Below, piece by piece: positions 46,553-58,900 of a stretch of DNA of 64,000 bases (positions within the stretch are counted from its first letter, which is position 1; every line of letters starts with the position of its first letter). Below the pieces are notes generated by a model that was given only the letters and a program-made list of their open reading frames with translations, had not been told where the DNA came from and did no database searches. The stretch is from IMG/VR virus record IMGVR_UViG_3300042898_002111, positions 3,799 through 67,798 of that record, one strand, 5' to 3'. The stretch comes from a virus. Made by a program: the position numbers and the translations under genes.

Positions 46553-48007
46553 TTACGAATTTAGCTTTACAACGGCTTCAATAATACCTTCACCATCGTC
46601 TAATTTATTTTCCAGTGCGCGGCCAATCACATTCCAAGCAGTAATTTCGCTGCGGCTGCCGGCTCGAGCAATGCCATTGCCTGCACTAACCAAACGGTCT
46701 CCCTTGCGAATACGACCAGTCACTTTAACTGGGACACGACCTTGGACTGCAATTGGGGGATGTGTTTGATTTGTTCCAGCACCAGAATTCATTAAATAAG
46801 CTGCTCTAGTACTTATGACTCCAAAGACATTCTCACTTAAATCTTCTACCGCAGCAGTAATTTCAGCTGGGCCACCTAATTCTACCACAGTACCAGGCCC
46901 ATATTCTGTATCAGCCTCAAATCTTTCGGCCAAGTCGGCATACTGTGCATGTACGGCAGTACCGTAAATATTATTCCACCAGGCCGATGCTGAACCCAAA
47001 TCATAAGTCAAGTTACCACTCGGCACAATGTTTGATGCAACTGATGTGAATGTAGCAGAACCAGTAACTCCTAAAGTTCCACCAACTGAAACGTTCCCCA
47101 ATAAGTTGACATTTCTTACATATAAATTATTCCAGTAGGCACTGGTACTTCCCAAATTTTGTGTACCGTTACTATTTGGAATTAAATTCCCAGAGATCGA
47201 CGCAATACTTACTGGGTATCCGGCAGGAAACGAAACATTTCCAGTAAAAGCTGCGTCGCCAGTTGCGCCAGATATGAAAAATACAGTTCTAGGTGTGCCG
47301 CTGACATTGGCTGTTATATTAAATCCATATCCCGTAGTTAAACTAGTTACCTGTACGTTACCACTACTAACACCAAAAATCATATTTGGTGTTGAAATCG
47401 CAGTTGGTTCAGCAGTACTGGAAAAGTTAATACCAGGATTAATGCGTGTAATGCCGCTAGCAGGATAAGTAATTGCTGGAACGAATGACGTGTTGTCTGA
47501 ACTTATTATTGCTGTTAATTTATTATTAACTATTAAATTACCAACAGTGTGTGATGCTGATGATGTATCTGTAACGGCATTGCCTTGAAAATCAGTTGTT
47601 GCAGTACCTGGGGGGACTTGTGGTCCCACAACTATCCAAGAACTCCCTGAATATCCACGCAATTGGCTTAACGAGCTGTCCCACCATAAGTCTCCTGCGA
47701 TCGGCGCCACAGTTGGTGCAGAAGTGCCAGAAATAGCATGACTAACTGGTTTCCAACCGGTGCCTTGCTGTACCATCAGTCTCTTATTGCCACTATCCCA
47801 CCACAATTGGCCCTCAATACCTGAAGAGGGTGCAGCGGATCTACTAAAATTTTCCAATATCTTAACGAAATTTTCGTTAATTGATTCACCATAACCAGTG
47901 GTGTTTTTACCAATCAAAGTGATGCTTGTTGCAGAAGTATTCGTGGTCCCGTCTGCCAATGAAGGTACTAGTTCACTACCATCGGTTTTGTTAATTGTAT
48001 ACGCCAT
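46553..48007 (-). CDS. Tail fibre-like protein with C-terminal chaperone/peptidase G2-like domain
   Basis: N-terminal MAYTINKTDG..GKN..GYGE..NENFVK.LENF..GQLWWD; C-terminal AQYADLAE..PGTVV..GVIST..AYLMN..GRVPVKV. Confidence 0.75.
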   Translation of the reverse strand: MAYTINKTDGSELVPSLADGTTNTSATSITLIGKNTTGYGESINENFVKILENFSRSAAPSSGIEGQLWWDSGNKRLMVQQGTGWKPVSHAISGTSAPTVAPIAGDLWWDSSLSQLRGYSGSSWIVVGPQVPPGTATTDFQGNAVTDTSSASHTVGNLIVNNKLTAIISSDNTSFVPAITYPASGITRINPGINFSSTAEPTAISTPNMIFGVSSGNVQVTSLTTGYGFNITANVSGTPRTVFFISGATGDAAFTGNVSFPAGYPVSIASISGNLIPNSNGTQNLGSTSAYWNNLYVRNVNLLGNVSVGGTLGVTGSATFTSVASNIVPSGNLTYDLGSASAWWNNIYGTAVHAQYADLAERFEADTEYGPGTVVELGGPAEITAAVEDLSENVFGVISTRAAYLMNSGAGTNQTHPPIAVQGRVPVKVTGRIRKGDRLVSAGNGIARAGSRSEITAWNVIGRALENKLDDGEGIIEAVVKLNS

Positions 48008-48077
48008 AACGCTCTTTGTCCCAGTTAGTACTCTTATTTATTGCTTCTTGGCACTTTTTCGCCCGTGATCTAGTAAA

Positions 48078-48389
48078 CTAATATATACTAACAAGATTAT
48101 ATTCTCCAGGATTAGAAAATACGTGTTTCACTCGTCCTTCGCTCACTGTTACTACTCCGCCATCAAATAATATTCCATTCTCATTGGTGTAACTGAGACT
48201 AATATAGCCGTGGCCTGCGCTGCTACCAGTCGCAGTAGCTGATCCCAAGGGGATAGTATCACTACCGGATCCACCATTGGTGCCATTATAGTCATCAATA
48301 CCGTGAGTGCCTGCGGCACCGTTGGGCCCACCTCCACCTCCACCACCCCCACCATCACTGGGGTGATTTTGTCCGGGAATTCCTGCCAT
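48078..48389 (-). CDS. Glycine-rich structural protein, C-terminal part
   Basis: CAGGAG SD; GQNHPSDGGGGGGGGG..GG.V......KHVF..PG ending. Confidence 0.6.
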   Translation of the reverse strand: MAGIPGQNHPSDGGGGGGGGGPNGAAGTHGIDDYNGTNGGSGSDTIPLGSATATGSSAGHGYISLSYTNENGILFDGGVVTVSEGRVKHVFSNPGEYNLVSIY

Positions 48390-48435
48390 ATTATCTCCTG
48401 TTATCTTAAATTATTAGGACGTACCGCAATTTCCA

Positions 48436-49170
48436 TCACTCGGGCCCACCGGGCCCATCAGAGCTGCACGAAGCGTCACCTGGACTATCACAATCGCCTG
48501 GCCCAGGTGCTGCGTCACCCTCAATGCCCCCACCATTGTCATTGTAATATTCCACTGGTATTTCGATAACTGGGTCGATAATGGGTGGTGGAGTGGGTGG
48601 GTATACGGGCAGAACAGGTGGAATCACTGGTGGAATCACTGGTGGTGGTGGTGGTTCAACAAAACCACGCCCACCACCACCGCCACCGCCACCGCCGCCA
48701 GCCACTATTATATTAGTACCATTAATTATTAGTGCTGATGCTCCACCACCACCCCCACCTGATCCTGACCATCCACTGGGACCGGAGCTACCTCCGCTGC
48801 CTCCACCAAATTCGACCGTATATCCCCCACCAGTACCGCCAGCTCGGGCAGTTCCAGAGGCGCCGTCATTGCCTTGTTGACCAACAATTAATTTTATAAC
48901 GGCACTTGGGTCGAGCGCGAGTACTCCTTGAACTCGATTACCAAGAACCCCATCAAATCCGGCAGTAACATCATCGCCACCTCGACCCCCACCAGCACCC
49001 ATGACTACTACAGTGGTTTCCACTGCTGGGGGCCAGAATTGACGCCAAACCCCATCCACTCTGGTCCACCCAGCGCGAACTTTGGTATATTGGCCCTGGG
49101 CATTTTTAACAAAAAACTGCCGCAATGCTGCGTTGTACCCAGATTTTCTAACAAAAATACCACGTGGCAT
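48436..49170 (-). CDS. Glycine-rich structural protein with Pro-rich/acidic tail
   Basis: VK..G..K....W.R.DGVWRQFWP start, GAGGG.GG.D, poly-Gly tracts, then PPPPPVIPPVIPP. Confidence 0.7.
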   Translation of the reverse strand: MPRGIFVRKSGYNAALRQFFVKNAQGQYTKVRAGWTRVDGVWRQFWPPAVETTVVVMGAGGGRGGDDVTAGFDGVLGNRVQGVLALDPSAVIKLIVGQQGNDGASGTARAGGTGGGYTVEFGGGSGGSSGPSGWSGSGGGGGGASALIINGTNIIVAGGGGGGGGGGRGFVEPPPPPVIPPVIPPVLPVYPPTPPPIIDPVIEIPVEYYNDNGGGIEGDAAPGPGDCDSPGDASCSSDGPGGPE

Positions 49171-49185
49171 TTAAATATTCATCCT

Positions 49186-50922
49186 TTATTGAATTAAAAA
49201 CCAAAAGTCACCGTCATTTTGTGCTATATCATTAGTGGAGAACAAAACTCCGCTGACGTCTGTGGGAGGGGTAATAGATATATTGTAATTAAATCTTTTT
49301 CCATCAACTGACCTGGTCACAAACTCAGTACTGGCGATTTGCGTGGTATTGGCACCAATCGTGGCCGTCGGTGCTGTGGGAACTCCGGAAAATGCTGGAC
49401 TTATTCTAGGGGCCAATGGTGCTTTTGCTGCTGCCACAAATGCAGTGGTGGCTATTTGCGTGGTGTTGGCGCCAAATGCTGCTGTTGGTGCAGCAGGTAT
49501 TCCAGTAAAAGTCGGGCTTGCTATATTTGCCTTGAGTAGTCCGGCATTATATATTTCAAGATCTACATAAGTTTTATTAGAAACATCATTTCCAGAAACT
49601 GGAACATTAGCCACTTGCAATGTTCCAGTCAATCCATTTAACTGTACTACCCTAACATTAATGCCACTGGATTTTACATAAAAATTAATATTTGAACCTT
49701 CAACGGTATTAATTAAATCAGTCTCAGTAGCAGTACTATTAATTGCAATATTCCCGGCAGATAATGCTACATTACCAGCAAAAGTCTCATCAATGTCTTT
49801 TCTAGCATACCCATTTGCATTAATATTTCCCAATTTATTAGAATCAGTTGCTGGATTGGTGGCGGCCGCTACAAAAGCAGTTGTTGCTAATTGAGTAGTA
49901 CTGGTACCAAGTGCTGCTGTTGGTGCAGCAGGTATTCCAGTAAAAGTTGGACTTGCCTTGGGTGCCAATGGACCAGTGGCATCAGTTACTGTATTGTCTA
50001 CATAATTTTTATTGGTAATATCAGATGAATTGTATGGGGCATTTGATGTTTGAAATGTGCCAGATACTCCGTTAACAGAAGCCACTTTAGTCTTGATACC
50101 TGCCAAATTAGCATAAAAATTAACATTGGATCCACTGACCGTATTAACAATGTCAACATCAGCTGAGGATTGATTGATGCTTAAATTACCAGAAATAACA
50201 TTTAAATTTCCAGCAAAAGTTTCATTAATATCTTTTCTGGCGTACTGAGCTGCTGTAATATCACCCAAAGTTAATGAATTGATTGCAGTCCCCACAAATC
50301 GGGCACCAATTGCTGTATTTGCATTAATACCCGGAGACACATTGGCAAATCCAGGGATAGCAACGTTGGGCACAAACGCTGCATCGTAGCTGGCTATAGA
50401 ACTAACATTACCACTGGTATACATTTTAACAACAATGTGTTTTCCACCCGCAGTGTCATATACAGTTTCAGGAAATGCACCGCTTTTACCATCTGACTTT
50501 GTGTAGGGTGGACCAATTAACAGCCACGCAGATCCAGTGTAGATAAACAATTGATCATTTGTGGTATCCCACCAGTGCGATCCAGTAACTACATTTGTTC
50601 CGGTAACTATAGGCGTGTTGTCACTGACTAAAATTGGAGATACTGGAGTCCAACCTGCTCCTGTGTAGACTTTTAAAAAACCATTGGCGGTATCATACCA
50701 TAGTTCCCCACGAATTGGTGCCGAAGGGGGTGTACTATTGGCAAAATTTTCTAGCATTTTGACAAAGTTTTCATTTTGGAACTCCCCATAGCTGGGATAG
50801 TTTTTTCCAAAAAGATTTATATCTAACGTGTTTTCTCCGGGATTTATGGCTGGCCCATCAGCAGTGCCGTCCAATAATGTTAGTATTAATTGCCCGTTAG
50901 TTTTATTAATTAAGTAAGCCAT
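49186..50922 (-). CDS. Tail fibre-like protein with SPTFTG.P.APT..TTQ.AT..FV repeats
   Basis: N-terminus paralogous to 46553-48007; three fibre repeats; 36-bp identical DNA repeat at 49477-49512 and 49912-49947. Confidence 0.8.
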   Translation of the reverse strand: MAYLINKTNGQLILTLLDGTADGPAINPGENTLDINLFGKNYPSYGEFQNENFVKMLENFANSTPPSAPIRGELWYDTANGFLKVYTGAGWTPVSPILVSDNTPIVTGTNVVTGSHWWDTTNDQLFIYTGSAWLLIGPPYTKSDGKSGAFPETVYDTAGGKHIVVKMYTSGNVSSIASYDAAFVPNVAIPGFANVSPGINANTAIGARFVGTAINSLTLGDITAAQYARKDINETFAGNLNVISGNLSINQSSADVDIVNTVSGSNVNFYANLAGIKTKVASVNGVSGTFQTSNAPYNSSDITNKNYVDNTVTDATGPLAPKASPTFTGIPAAPTAALGTSTTQLATTAFVAAATNPATDSNKLGNINANGYARKDIDETFAGNVALSAGNIAINSTATETDLINTVEGSNINFYVKSSGINVRVVQLNGLTGTLQVANVPVSGNDVSNKTYVDLEIYNAGLLKANIASPTFTGIPAAPTAAFGANTTQIATTAFVAAAKAPLAPRISPAFSGVPTAPTATIGANTTQIASTEFVTRSVDGKRFNYNISITPPTDVSGVLFSTNDIAQNDGDFWFLIQ

Positions 50923-50927
50923 TTACT

Positions 50928-51584
50928 TTATCCTATGCTACTTAGACTAGTAAGTGTTTGAATTCTCACTGTATAGTCAATTTGTATTAATCGGTTTAAA
51001 CTTTTTTGCACTGGGTGAAAAACCACATGTGTCAACAGTTTACCAGTTGTGGATAAGCCATAGGTTCCGTCAGTGCTACGAGCCTTCAATCCCAACTCAT
51101 CAAAAGTAAACTCATCATCGAGATTGGTGCTATTATCAAAAACTGCCTGGCCACTTGGCTCACCATAATCTAACAAACATGTTATTAATATGTCTGAGTA
51201 GACTTGTCCGGGAACATGGCGTATTTCAATTTTATTTCTAGTTGGGTCTGGATTTATGGGGCTAGTATTGTCTACTATTTTACTATAAGTTGGGTTATAT
51301 AAATCTGCATTCTGCGTATTTGTGTTACTGGGAAGGTAATTAATTACACCAGTGGGATCTACGCTGGTTCCCCCATTACCAAAATGCATTTCAAAAACAT
51401 AGCTTTGTCCTTTATTTGCTAGACTATAAGCAATAGCTTCGGATATGTTTTCATAATGGATAGCATTTCGTTTGTCATGATAAACCGTTCCAGATTCTGG
51501 ATCATAAATTTTAATATGTCCTGTTACATAAATTCCACCAGTTTCATCCGGCTTCTTTTGATTTAAGTTCTTACTTGTGTTCAT
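50928..51584 (-). CDS. Conserved virion/baseplate protein
   Basis: GHIKI.D..NAIH.EN..FGNGG..LDYGEP..FDELGL..LLTHVVFHPVQKS.NR..Y.VRI. Confidence 0.7.
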   Translation of the reverse strand: MNTSKNLNQKKPDETGGIYVTGHIKIYDPESGTVYHDKRNAIHYENISEAIAYSLANKGQSYVFEMHFGNGGTSVDPTGVINYLPSNTNTQNADLYNPTYSKIVDNTSPINPDPTRNKIEIRHVPGQVYSDILITCLLDYGEPSGQAVFDNSTNLDDEFTFDELGLKARSTDGTYGLSTTGKLLTHVVFHPVQKSLNRLIQIDYTVRIQTLTSLSSIG

Positions 51585-51646
51585 AATATGATCTTTAAAA
51601 TGTTATCTGTATATTTATCGTTAATATTTAATGGCATCGTAACCCC

Positions 51647-52939
51647 TCAAAACTTCATAATAACTACTTCAATTAGTTTAATTTGGGTCGATTCGTTGTC
51701 GTTAAGTGCATGTCCGATAACGCATCCAGGCACATATTTTGTTACATCCAAACGCCCAGCAACTCCTGTCGCAATATTCACCAGTCTATCACCTTTGGCC
51801 ACTGGTCCCTGTACTAGACAGGGCACTCGACCACTTAATGCAACTGGTAACCCGGCGCTAATGGCATTCATTAAGTATGCTGGCGACGTTGATATTACTC
51901 CAGCAACCATTGGAGTATGATCTTCTGAACTAGTTGTTATCTCATTCGACCCCCCAAAGCAAACTACTGTCCCCGGTGGGTATTCATGATCAGCAGTATA
52001 TATCTCTGCCAAGTCAGCATATTTTGCCTGTATACTAATGCCATAAACATTGTTGAACCAAGCACTTGTGCTGCCCAAATCAATAGTTAAGTTAGCATTG
52101 GGAACTATTGCCCCACTTACAGTTAATCCTGTCAATGTACCAACACTTGTGATATTATTTTGAGCCGATGTACTTAATGTACCAGTTAGAGTAGCACCTG
52201 AGTTGCCAATGGTTCCAGCATTTACTGTTGTTGCTGTGACTGTAGTAAAACGTCCAGTATTATGTGTGGTGGCCCCAACTGCAACGTTGTTAATGTTGCC
52301 ACCAGTAATTACTGCGTTACCACTACTAAAATTAGTAGCCACTGCTGTAGTGGCCGCTAGATTGGTAATAGTGCCCAACGCAGTGATTCCAGTTGCTGAT
52401 GTAATGTTATTTTGTGCGCCAGAACTCAATGTACCAGTTAATACAGCACCTGAATTACCGATTGTGCCCGCGTTTAATGTGGTTGCTACAAGAGTTGTAA
52501 CTCGAGCAGATTGTGGACTAACATTACCAATTATTGTATTATTAATCGAGGAAAACGATGCTTCATTTATAGAAGTTAGGTTTCCACCAATGTTTAAATT
52601 GGCCCCAGTTAACATTACATTTCCACCAATGTTAGCTGTACCTGAAACTACTAAATTTACCAAGGTTCCAGTGGATGTGATGTTGGGCTGTGTTACTGTA
52701 CTTAAAACTCCAGTTAAAATAGTCCCAACATTGCCTATAACACTGGCCTGGACCAGATTAGCTGTTAAAGTTTCGGCGTTTATTGCGCCAGACACAATGA
52801 CGTTCCCCAAAGATGACATGTAGCTCTTTAACGACAATGCTGTTAATTTTCTTGTAAAAGCGCCATCCTGCACTGAAAAAACAGTGGTGTCTTGTGGTGT
52901 AGGTAATAGTGTTAGGTTACCAATCGTTACGGTAGTCAT
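51647..52939 (-). CDS. Tail fibre/spike protein with C-terminal chaperone-like domain
   Basis: Repeats of NAGTIGN.GA.LTGTLS..Q.NITS; AKYADLAE..PGTVV..AYLMN..GRVPC.V domain. Confidence 0.75.
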   Translation of the reverse strand: MTTVTIGNLTLLPTPQDTTVFSVQDGAFTRKLTALSLKSYMSSLGNVIVSGAINAETLTANLVQASVIGNVGTILTGVLSTVTQPNITSTGTLVNLVVSGTANIGGNVMLTGANLNIGGNLTSINEASFSSINNTIIGNVSPQSARVTTLVATTLNAGTIGNSGAVLTGTLSSGAQNNITSATGITALGTITNLAATTAVATNFSSGNAVITGGNINNVAVGATTHNTGRFTTVTATTVNAGTIGNSGATLTGTLSTSAQNNITSVGTLTGLTVSGAIVPNANLTIDLGSTSAWFNNVYGISIQAKYADLAEIYTADHEYPPGTVVCFGGSNEITTSSEDHTPMVAGVISTSPAYLMNAISAGLPVALSGRVPCLVQGPVAKGDRLVNIATGVAGRLDVTKYVPGCVIGHALNDNESTQIKLIEVVIMKF

Positions 52940-52984
52940 ATGTGTCCTTGTATTGCTGCCATGCTGTATTTATTAGTTATCATA

Positions 52985-55900
52985 TCATAGTCCTTTAACG
53001 AACATTGCTTGTGCCGCTGTACTTCCCTCAATCCCAGTTCCATCAAATGGGGCACTCAGAACAGTGCTGGTTACCAAAGTATTTCCAGTATGATCATTCA
53101 ATTCGTTGCCCAGGTCGTCAATTATAGTTTTGGATATCAAATCCACGTTTGCATTAAAGTTTAACCAGGTCCCTTTATGCGAGCTATCTACGCCCAGGCC
53201 AGTACTTGGAATTTTCTGATTATACCCCAGGTCATCTACGATTGATCCAACTATATGAATTAATGGTGCTCCAGTTTTGTCAGCACTGCGCCGTATTTGT
53301 GCCAGAGTATTGTTGCTTACTTGGGTAACATTTGCTGTTATATTAGCAAAATTAGCAGCATAAACATTTCCTGATGTTAGGTACGTGTTTCCACTGTAAG
53401 TAATTAATCTATTTGATGCTACTAAAACGTTAGCTACCCAGGCAGTTTTTGCTTCGGTGGCATAATTTCTCCAATAAACAATTTTTTCACCGTTAATGTA
53501 AATCGCACCGGGAATATTTAATGCCACATTTGGGGATGCAAGCACACTGGCATCCCCCACTGATATATTGGAGTCAGTGATATTCAAATTTGATGTTAAC
53601 ACTGTGGTATTGCTAGCTGAAATACGATAATAATCAGGCCAGTAACTGGTTGAAATATTACTAGTAATTTCAGACCTGGCATTGGTCACCATACGATAAC
53701 CAACAATTTGTGTATTACTTAATATTTTGGTATATACACTAATTGCTACGTGGTCAAATAACTGTCCGGGAATTAATTCCTCAGGAGAATGGCTGCTAAA
53801 TGTATCGTAATATGCGCCACCGTCGATGTTAATATCTTCAGCCCGTAATCCCAAATCCGAATCTTGATATGCGCTTTGTATAGTACTATCAAGGTTAATT
53901 GGATTATGAAAATCATAATACTTTAGTGAAACATTACTGCCATGTGCTATGCTAAATGTTGCACCAGCAATCTCCGACAATTGCAGGCGATCATTGGTGA
54001 TATTAACTATCTTGAATGTTAAATTAGCTGATACTGGCAAATCTAAGTTGGATACTGTCAAATATTCACCAGTGGCGTATTCTGTTGTGGTAAAGTCAAA
54101 ATAGTCGTTAACGTTACTGATGGCAGTAACATTGGCTGTTAGATTGGCACCGTCTCGGTATACGTAGATATTAGCTGCGTTAGAGGAAAATACACCAACT
54201 ACTCGACTAAGTGTCACTACGTTTCCTGTAGATATGCTGTAAACATTGCCGTAAGCACCAGTACTTAATTGCGTAATTGTATTACCAACCCAGACATTGG
54301 CATTAGTACTCAGTGTTAAGCGTGTAATTATATTACTACTGATCAATGATAAATTACTATGATGATAGCTAATAATATTACTAGTAATATTACTACTAAA
54401 AGCATTAAATTTTACGCCTTGAACTCGAACTCCAGGATATTCCAGTCCTGATACCAAATTATCAAGATCTCGGCCTGGCATTCCAGCAAGTGGACTATAG
54501 TATGCTGCAATGCGATCATTGGCATTATCAAAATCGCTAGCATTAATTTTAGTAAATTGGCTATAATCAAATACGTTTGTTACCGTGGATGGACGGACCC
54601 CAACAGCTACAGAATTTATCAATAGATTTCCACCGCGTGGAAGAAAATCACTAGAGATATTGGCTACAGTAAGTACGTTACCAGAGACTACTGAGGTAAC
54701 CACTTGTGCGTTGGCAGTATTATTATCCTGGGTTATGTAATCTCCAGCTACCACAGTTATATTGCCGTTCAATTTCATAGTGGTTGAATTATACACGTTA
54801 GCAGTGGTACGATATGCTACGCCATCATATCTGACAGTTGTGTTAGCTGGTATAGTAATATTACTAGCCCAATCAATAACTTTGGTTCCATAATATGCCT
54901 GGGCAGTAAATGGAATTAAACTGTCTACACCATTTATAGAAATATTACCCAACAAATCGCCAGATTCCAATTGACTACCAATCCGGTCAAATTTAAGAAC
55001 ACTGTCAAAAGTCCTAACTTTATTATAGCTACGATCCACAAATTGTGTGAAATTGTTGATCGAGGTAATTTTTGCACCCAAATTGCTTTCTAACGTATAT
55101 ATAAAATTATTAAGTGATGTGTTGGATGTAAAAGTTCCAGTCACATCAGTTAATGTGATAACATTAGCATTATTTGAAGTAGTGTACACATATCCCTGTG
55201 CTGTACTAATGGGCTGTGATATTAAGTTACCCTCATATACTGTGACATTGGCACTTAATGTAAGTTGAGTAGTTGGTAGACTATCAACATAATATTCACC
55301 AACCAGTCGAGCATATCCTAGTGCGCCTGAACCTGTGCCATTGATTGTTATTGTGGGCTGACTAGTATATCCAGACCCAGGGGCAACAACTTCAAATCTG
55401 GCAATATTGGAATAAGTTGGATTGATGTGTGCTATTACTCTAGCCCCAGAACCACCTCCGCCAACTACAGATATCAATGGTGTTTCATAATACCCACCAA
55501 AGCTCAATGTATAAAAATTAATTGCATCTACATTAACTTGTAGGTTAGAATCGTTATTAAAAATATATGCATTGTCAATTGTGGTGGTAGTTACATTGGC
55601 TGCTAGGTTTGCACCATCACGATAAATGTATGCATTTCCTACAGTAGAATTACTAAATTCACCAACAACATTACTTAATGTAACTGTGTTACCAGTGCTG
55701 GTAATAAAAACATTTCCGTATGCTCCAGTGCTCAATTGAACAATAGTATTACCAACATACACATTAGCATTACTGTTTAAGGTTAATGTTTCCAATATAT
55801 TAGTAAAAGCACCAGTTACATTTTGTAATGTAATTATGGAATCCACACTGCTTACTTGCACTACACCATTGGCACCAGTCACTGGTTGTGTGATATAATC

Positions 55901-58900
55901 CCCAGCATTCACTGTGACATTAGCGTTTCGAACGTTTAATGTTACCACTGGAATATCATTTGTGTTTCCGGCATTGACTACTTCTACGGCCCCAATTCCG
56001 TAACCATAATTGTTATACCAATCTTGATAGATTGCATCATTGGCCAATGTATATTCATCTTTATCCAAAGTTAAATCGGGACTACGATAAATTTTTAAAT
56101 CTGAGTCGTAGGTACTGGGAATATCAAAATCGGTTATATTGTTTTCATATAAATCCGATACTTGATAATTCAACAGATATTCACGGAGGCTAGTGCGATA
56201 GGGCTTAACTTCGGAAATATAGTTTTCGTAATATGTTTGGTTATCCCTAATATAGTTGGGAAATTGTTCCAATTTACGCAATTGATGCACTATGCTAACA
56301 AAACTGGTCTTAAATATCCAATCAACTGTCTTTTGTTCAGTTAAAATATAATTAATTAGGAAAAAGAACATTTCGTTGAATTTTCCTGACAGTCTTTCTT
56401 TAAATATGTCTTGCTGTAGTGCGTCAAATATAACTCGGATTTCGTACTGTGCAGAATTTTCAGTATTCCATAGATTGTCATTTAGTTGAATGGTTCCATT
56501 CTGGACTCCAACTAAATTCTCAACCAATGAATCATCGAATCGATATATCTCCCATTGTCCTCTACCGTTGTTTAATACTTTAACAGTGTCACCAGACCTG
56601 GGCACTAATTTCTGTATATCAGCAATGTTATTCACTTGATATACCGGCTTAATGGTATAATCATATGTACTATCATACCAATCTATCTTACTCCAATAGA
56701 ATGGAGTATAATAGCTTTGTGTCGTTGTTAATACGAACGCAGCAGTATCTTCATCAACTATGACAAATGTATAGGTAGCCCATAATCCACCTTGTGTTTC
56801 ATCATTGATTACCAGTACTACATACCCATTTAACAGTCCATTTACATTAATATATCCCAATTCTTCATAACTATTAACGGTTAAATCGTAGTCTTCAGCT
56901 AATGGCTGCTCTTGGGCGGCGTACAGACGATCAATATTAAAATCGTTTATAACCGGGACTGTTAGCATTATGGAATTAACATACCCAGCCCAATTTTTAA
57001 CCGCAGTCAAACGGTCAATGAATATGCTCTGATCACGGGATATACCAACGTTAGACTGTATTGGAAGAGCTGGATCGGGCACTGGGTTTAAAAACTGGTC
57101 CTGTCCAGCCAAACTGTCACGTAATTTGTTAACAATTCGCTCGGGTATAATGCTGTTATTATTTCCTTCTTGTACCAGCTGATATTCGCTATGAATAATG
57201 TTATCGTTTTTAACATAATCATAGTCCATATGAAGTACTGTGCTGTTTCCTTTTATATACCTGTTAACATTATATAAACTGACCGTGTCGTTTTTTAGTA
57301 CCGCTGCATAGGGGATTCCCTGGGCCTGGGGATTACTAATCATATCCTCCAGAGTTACAATACTGTTTCGTCTCGATGTTTGTAATGTATCAACACTATT
57401 TTTGTTAATAACCCAGAAATAATAACGACTTCGTAAAATTTTAGTATTAGGATCAACAAATGTCTCAGACACATACACACTATTATCCACTGGATATAGA
57501 GGTTCGCCGTCACCAGTGTATTGACTTGGTGGATTGTTACTCACTACCCATTCAGCCACCTGCACTTGACTTCCTGGAAATAAATCCGACCAGGAATTTG
57601 ATCGATATGTTATGTTACCTTGCTCATAATCTATAAATCTAACCTTATTGACGTTCCACCAGGTTCGTCCCACCTGTTCGGCGCCCCAATTAAAATCTAA
57701 ATTGACACTAACGTCGTTGGTTACGTAATCTGTTCCGCCAGCAACATTATAGACTGCTGGATCATATGCTGTCCAATAATCAATGTCTTGTTGAGCCGCT
57801 CCCAGCAATTTACCTTTAATTGGATCGATATAATCCAAATTGGTTAAAATAGTATTAGTTGCTGTGTCAAACAAATACAAACGATTGATACTATCCAAAT
57901 CTACTTTGGATTCCTGGGTACGAATAACATCCCAACCCACATTTCCAGATAAATTTTTATAAGTATAAATTGCCCCAGCATTACTAAGGTTGGAATATTC
58001 CCCAGTTGCCTCGTTTAATACCAAATCACTGTCGTCTCCAGGCGCCCCCACCAACAGAGTTTCTGAGTTGCTGGCCAGGCTACTACCAAATTGATCATAC
58101 GATGATAAGTTGGTGTTTTGTAATCTCTGCACAAACACCAGCTGATCTTGGGCAGCCCCACTTAAAGAAGATCCCACTAATCCGTAGACATATACTGCTC
58201 CGGCGGCCATAATAGGATCTAAGAACGAGGTTGCCCCCTGGTCTATCATTGTGGCACCATTATCAATAACAAATGTATTGTATGTGGTGCTTCCGGGACC
58301 AGAAACCGCTAATGAATATCCGTCGGGACTGATGGCCAATTTAGAGCCAAATCCATTTACATCGTCTTGCCCCAGATGATAAATTGTTTGTATATTTGTG
58401 TATACATTTACGCCCAGATTGGCCAACACATTGGCACTGTTTCCGGGTGTTATAACTAATTTGTCCACGGTTGTTGTAATATTGCTGGTTATTAGCAATG
58501 CGTTGGAGTTGGTTGAACTAGCAGATACCCCAGTGATGTTTGCGCTATTAATGGCCGATACTACATTGGCTAGATATATGTTGCTGAAGGTAATTAGCTG
58601 TCCGTTAATACGAATACTATCGCTAATTGTCACCAGTGGGTCTGATACTGACCCTAGCACATTGCCATAACGTTCACCAGAATTAACGAATCGATGAACC
58701 ACACCACTGTGGTATCCCGGCTCACTGAACCCAGGACTGCTTATGTATATGTCAGCATCGTCGCCACTGATATCAGATGCACTACCAAATGCAGAACCAC
58801 TCTTGGGTTTTGGGTCCACCAATTGTTGCATCAATTGAAATTTATTTGTTTCAAGAGTAACTGGACTTCCTGCAACTGGGGGATTGGTAAAAGTTACTGC

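Noticed and set aside
52203-52823. 206-aa + strand ORF and other antisense ORFs in the track (e.g. 3771-4205, 18316-18729, 36100-36696)
   Set aside because: They are shadows of well-supported genes on the opposite strand, with no motifs or RBS.
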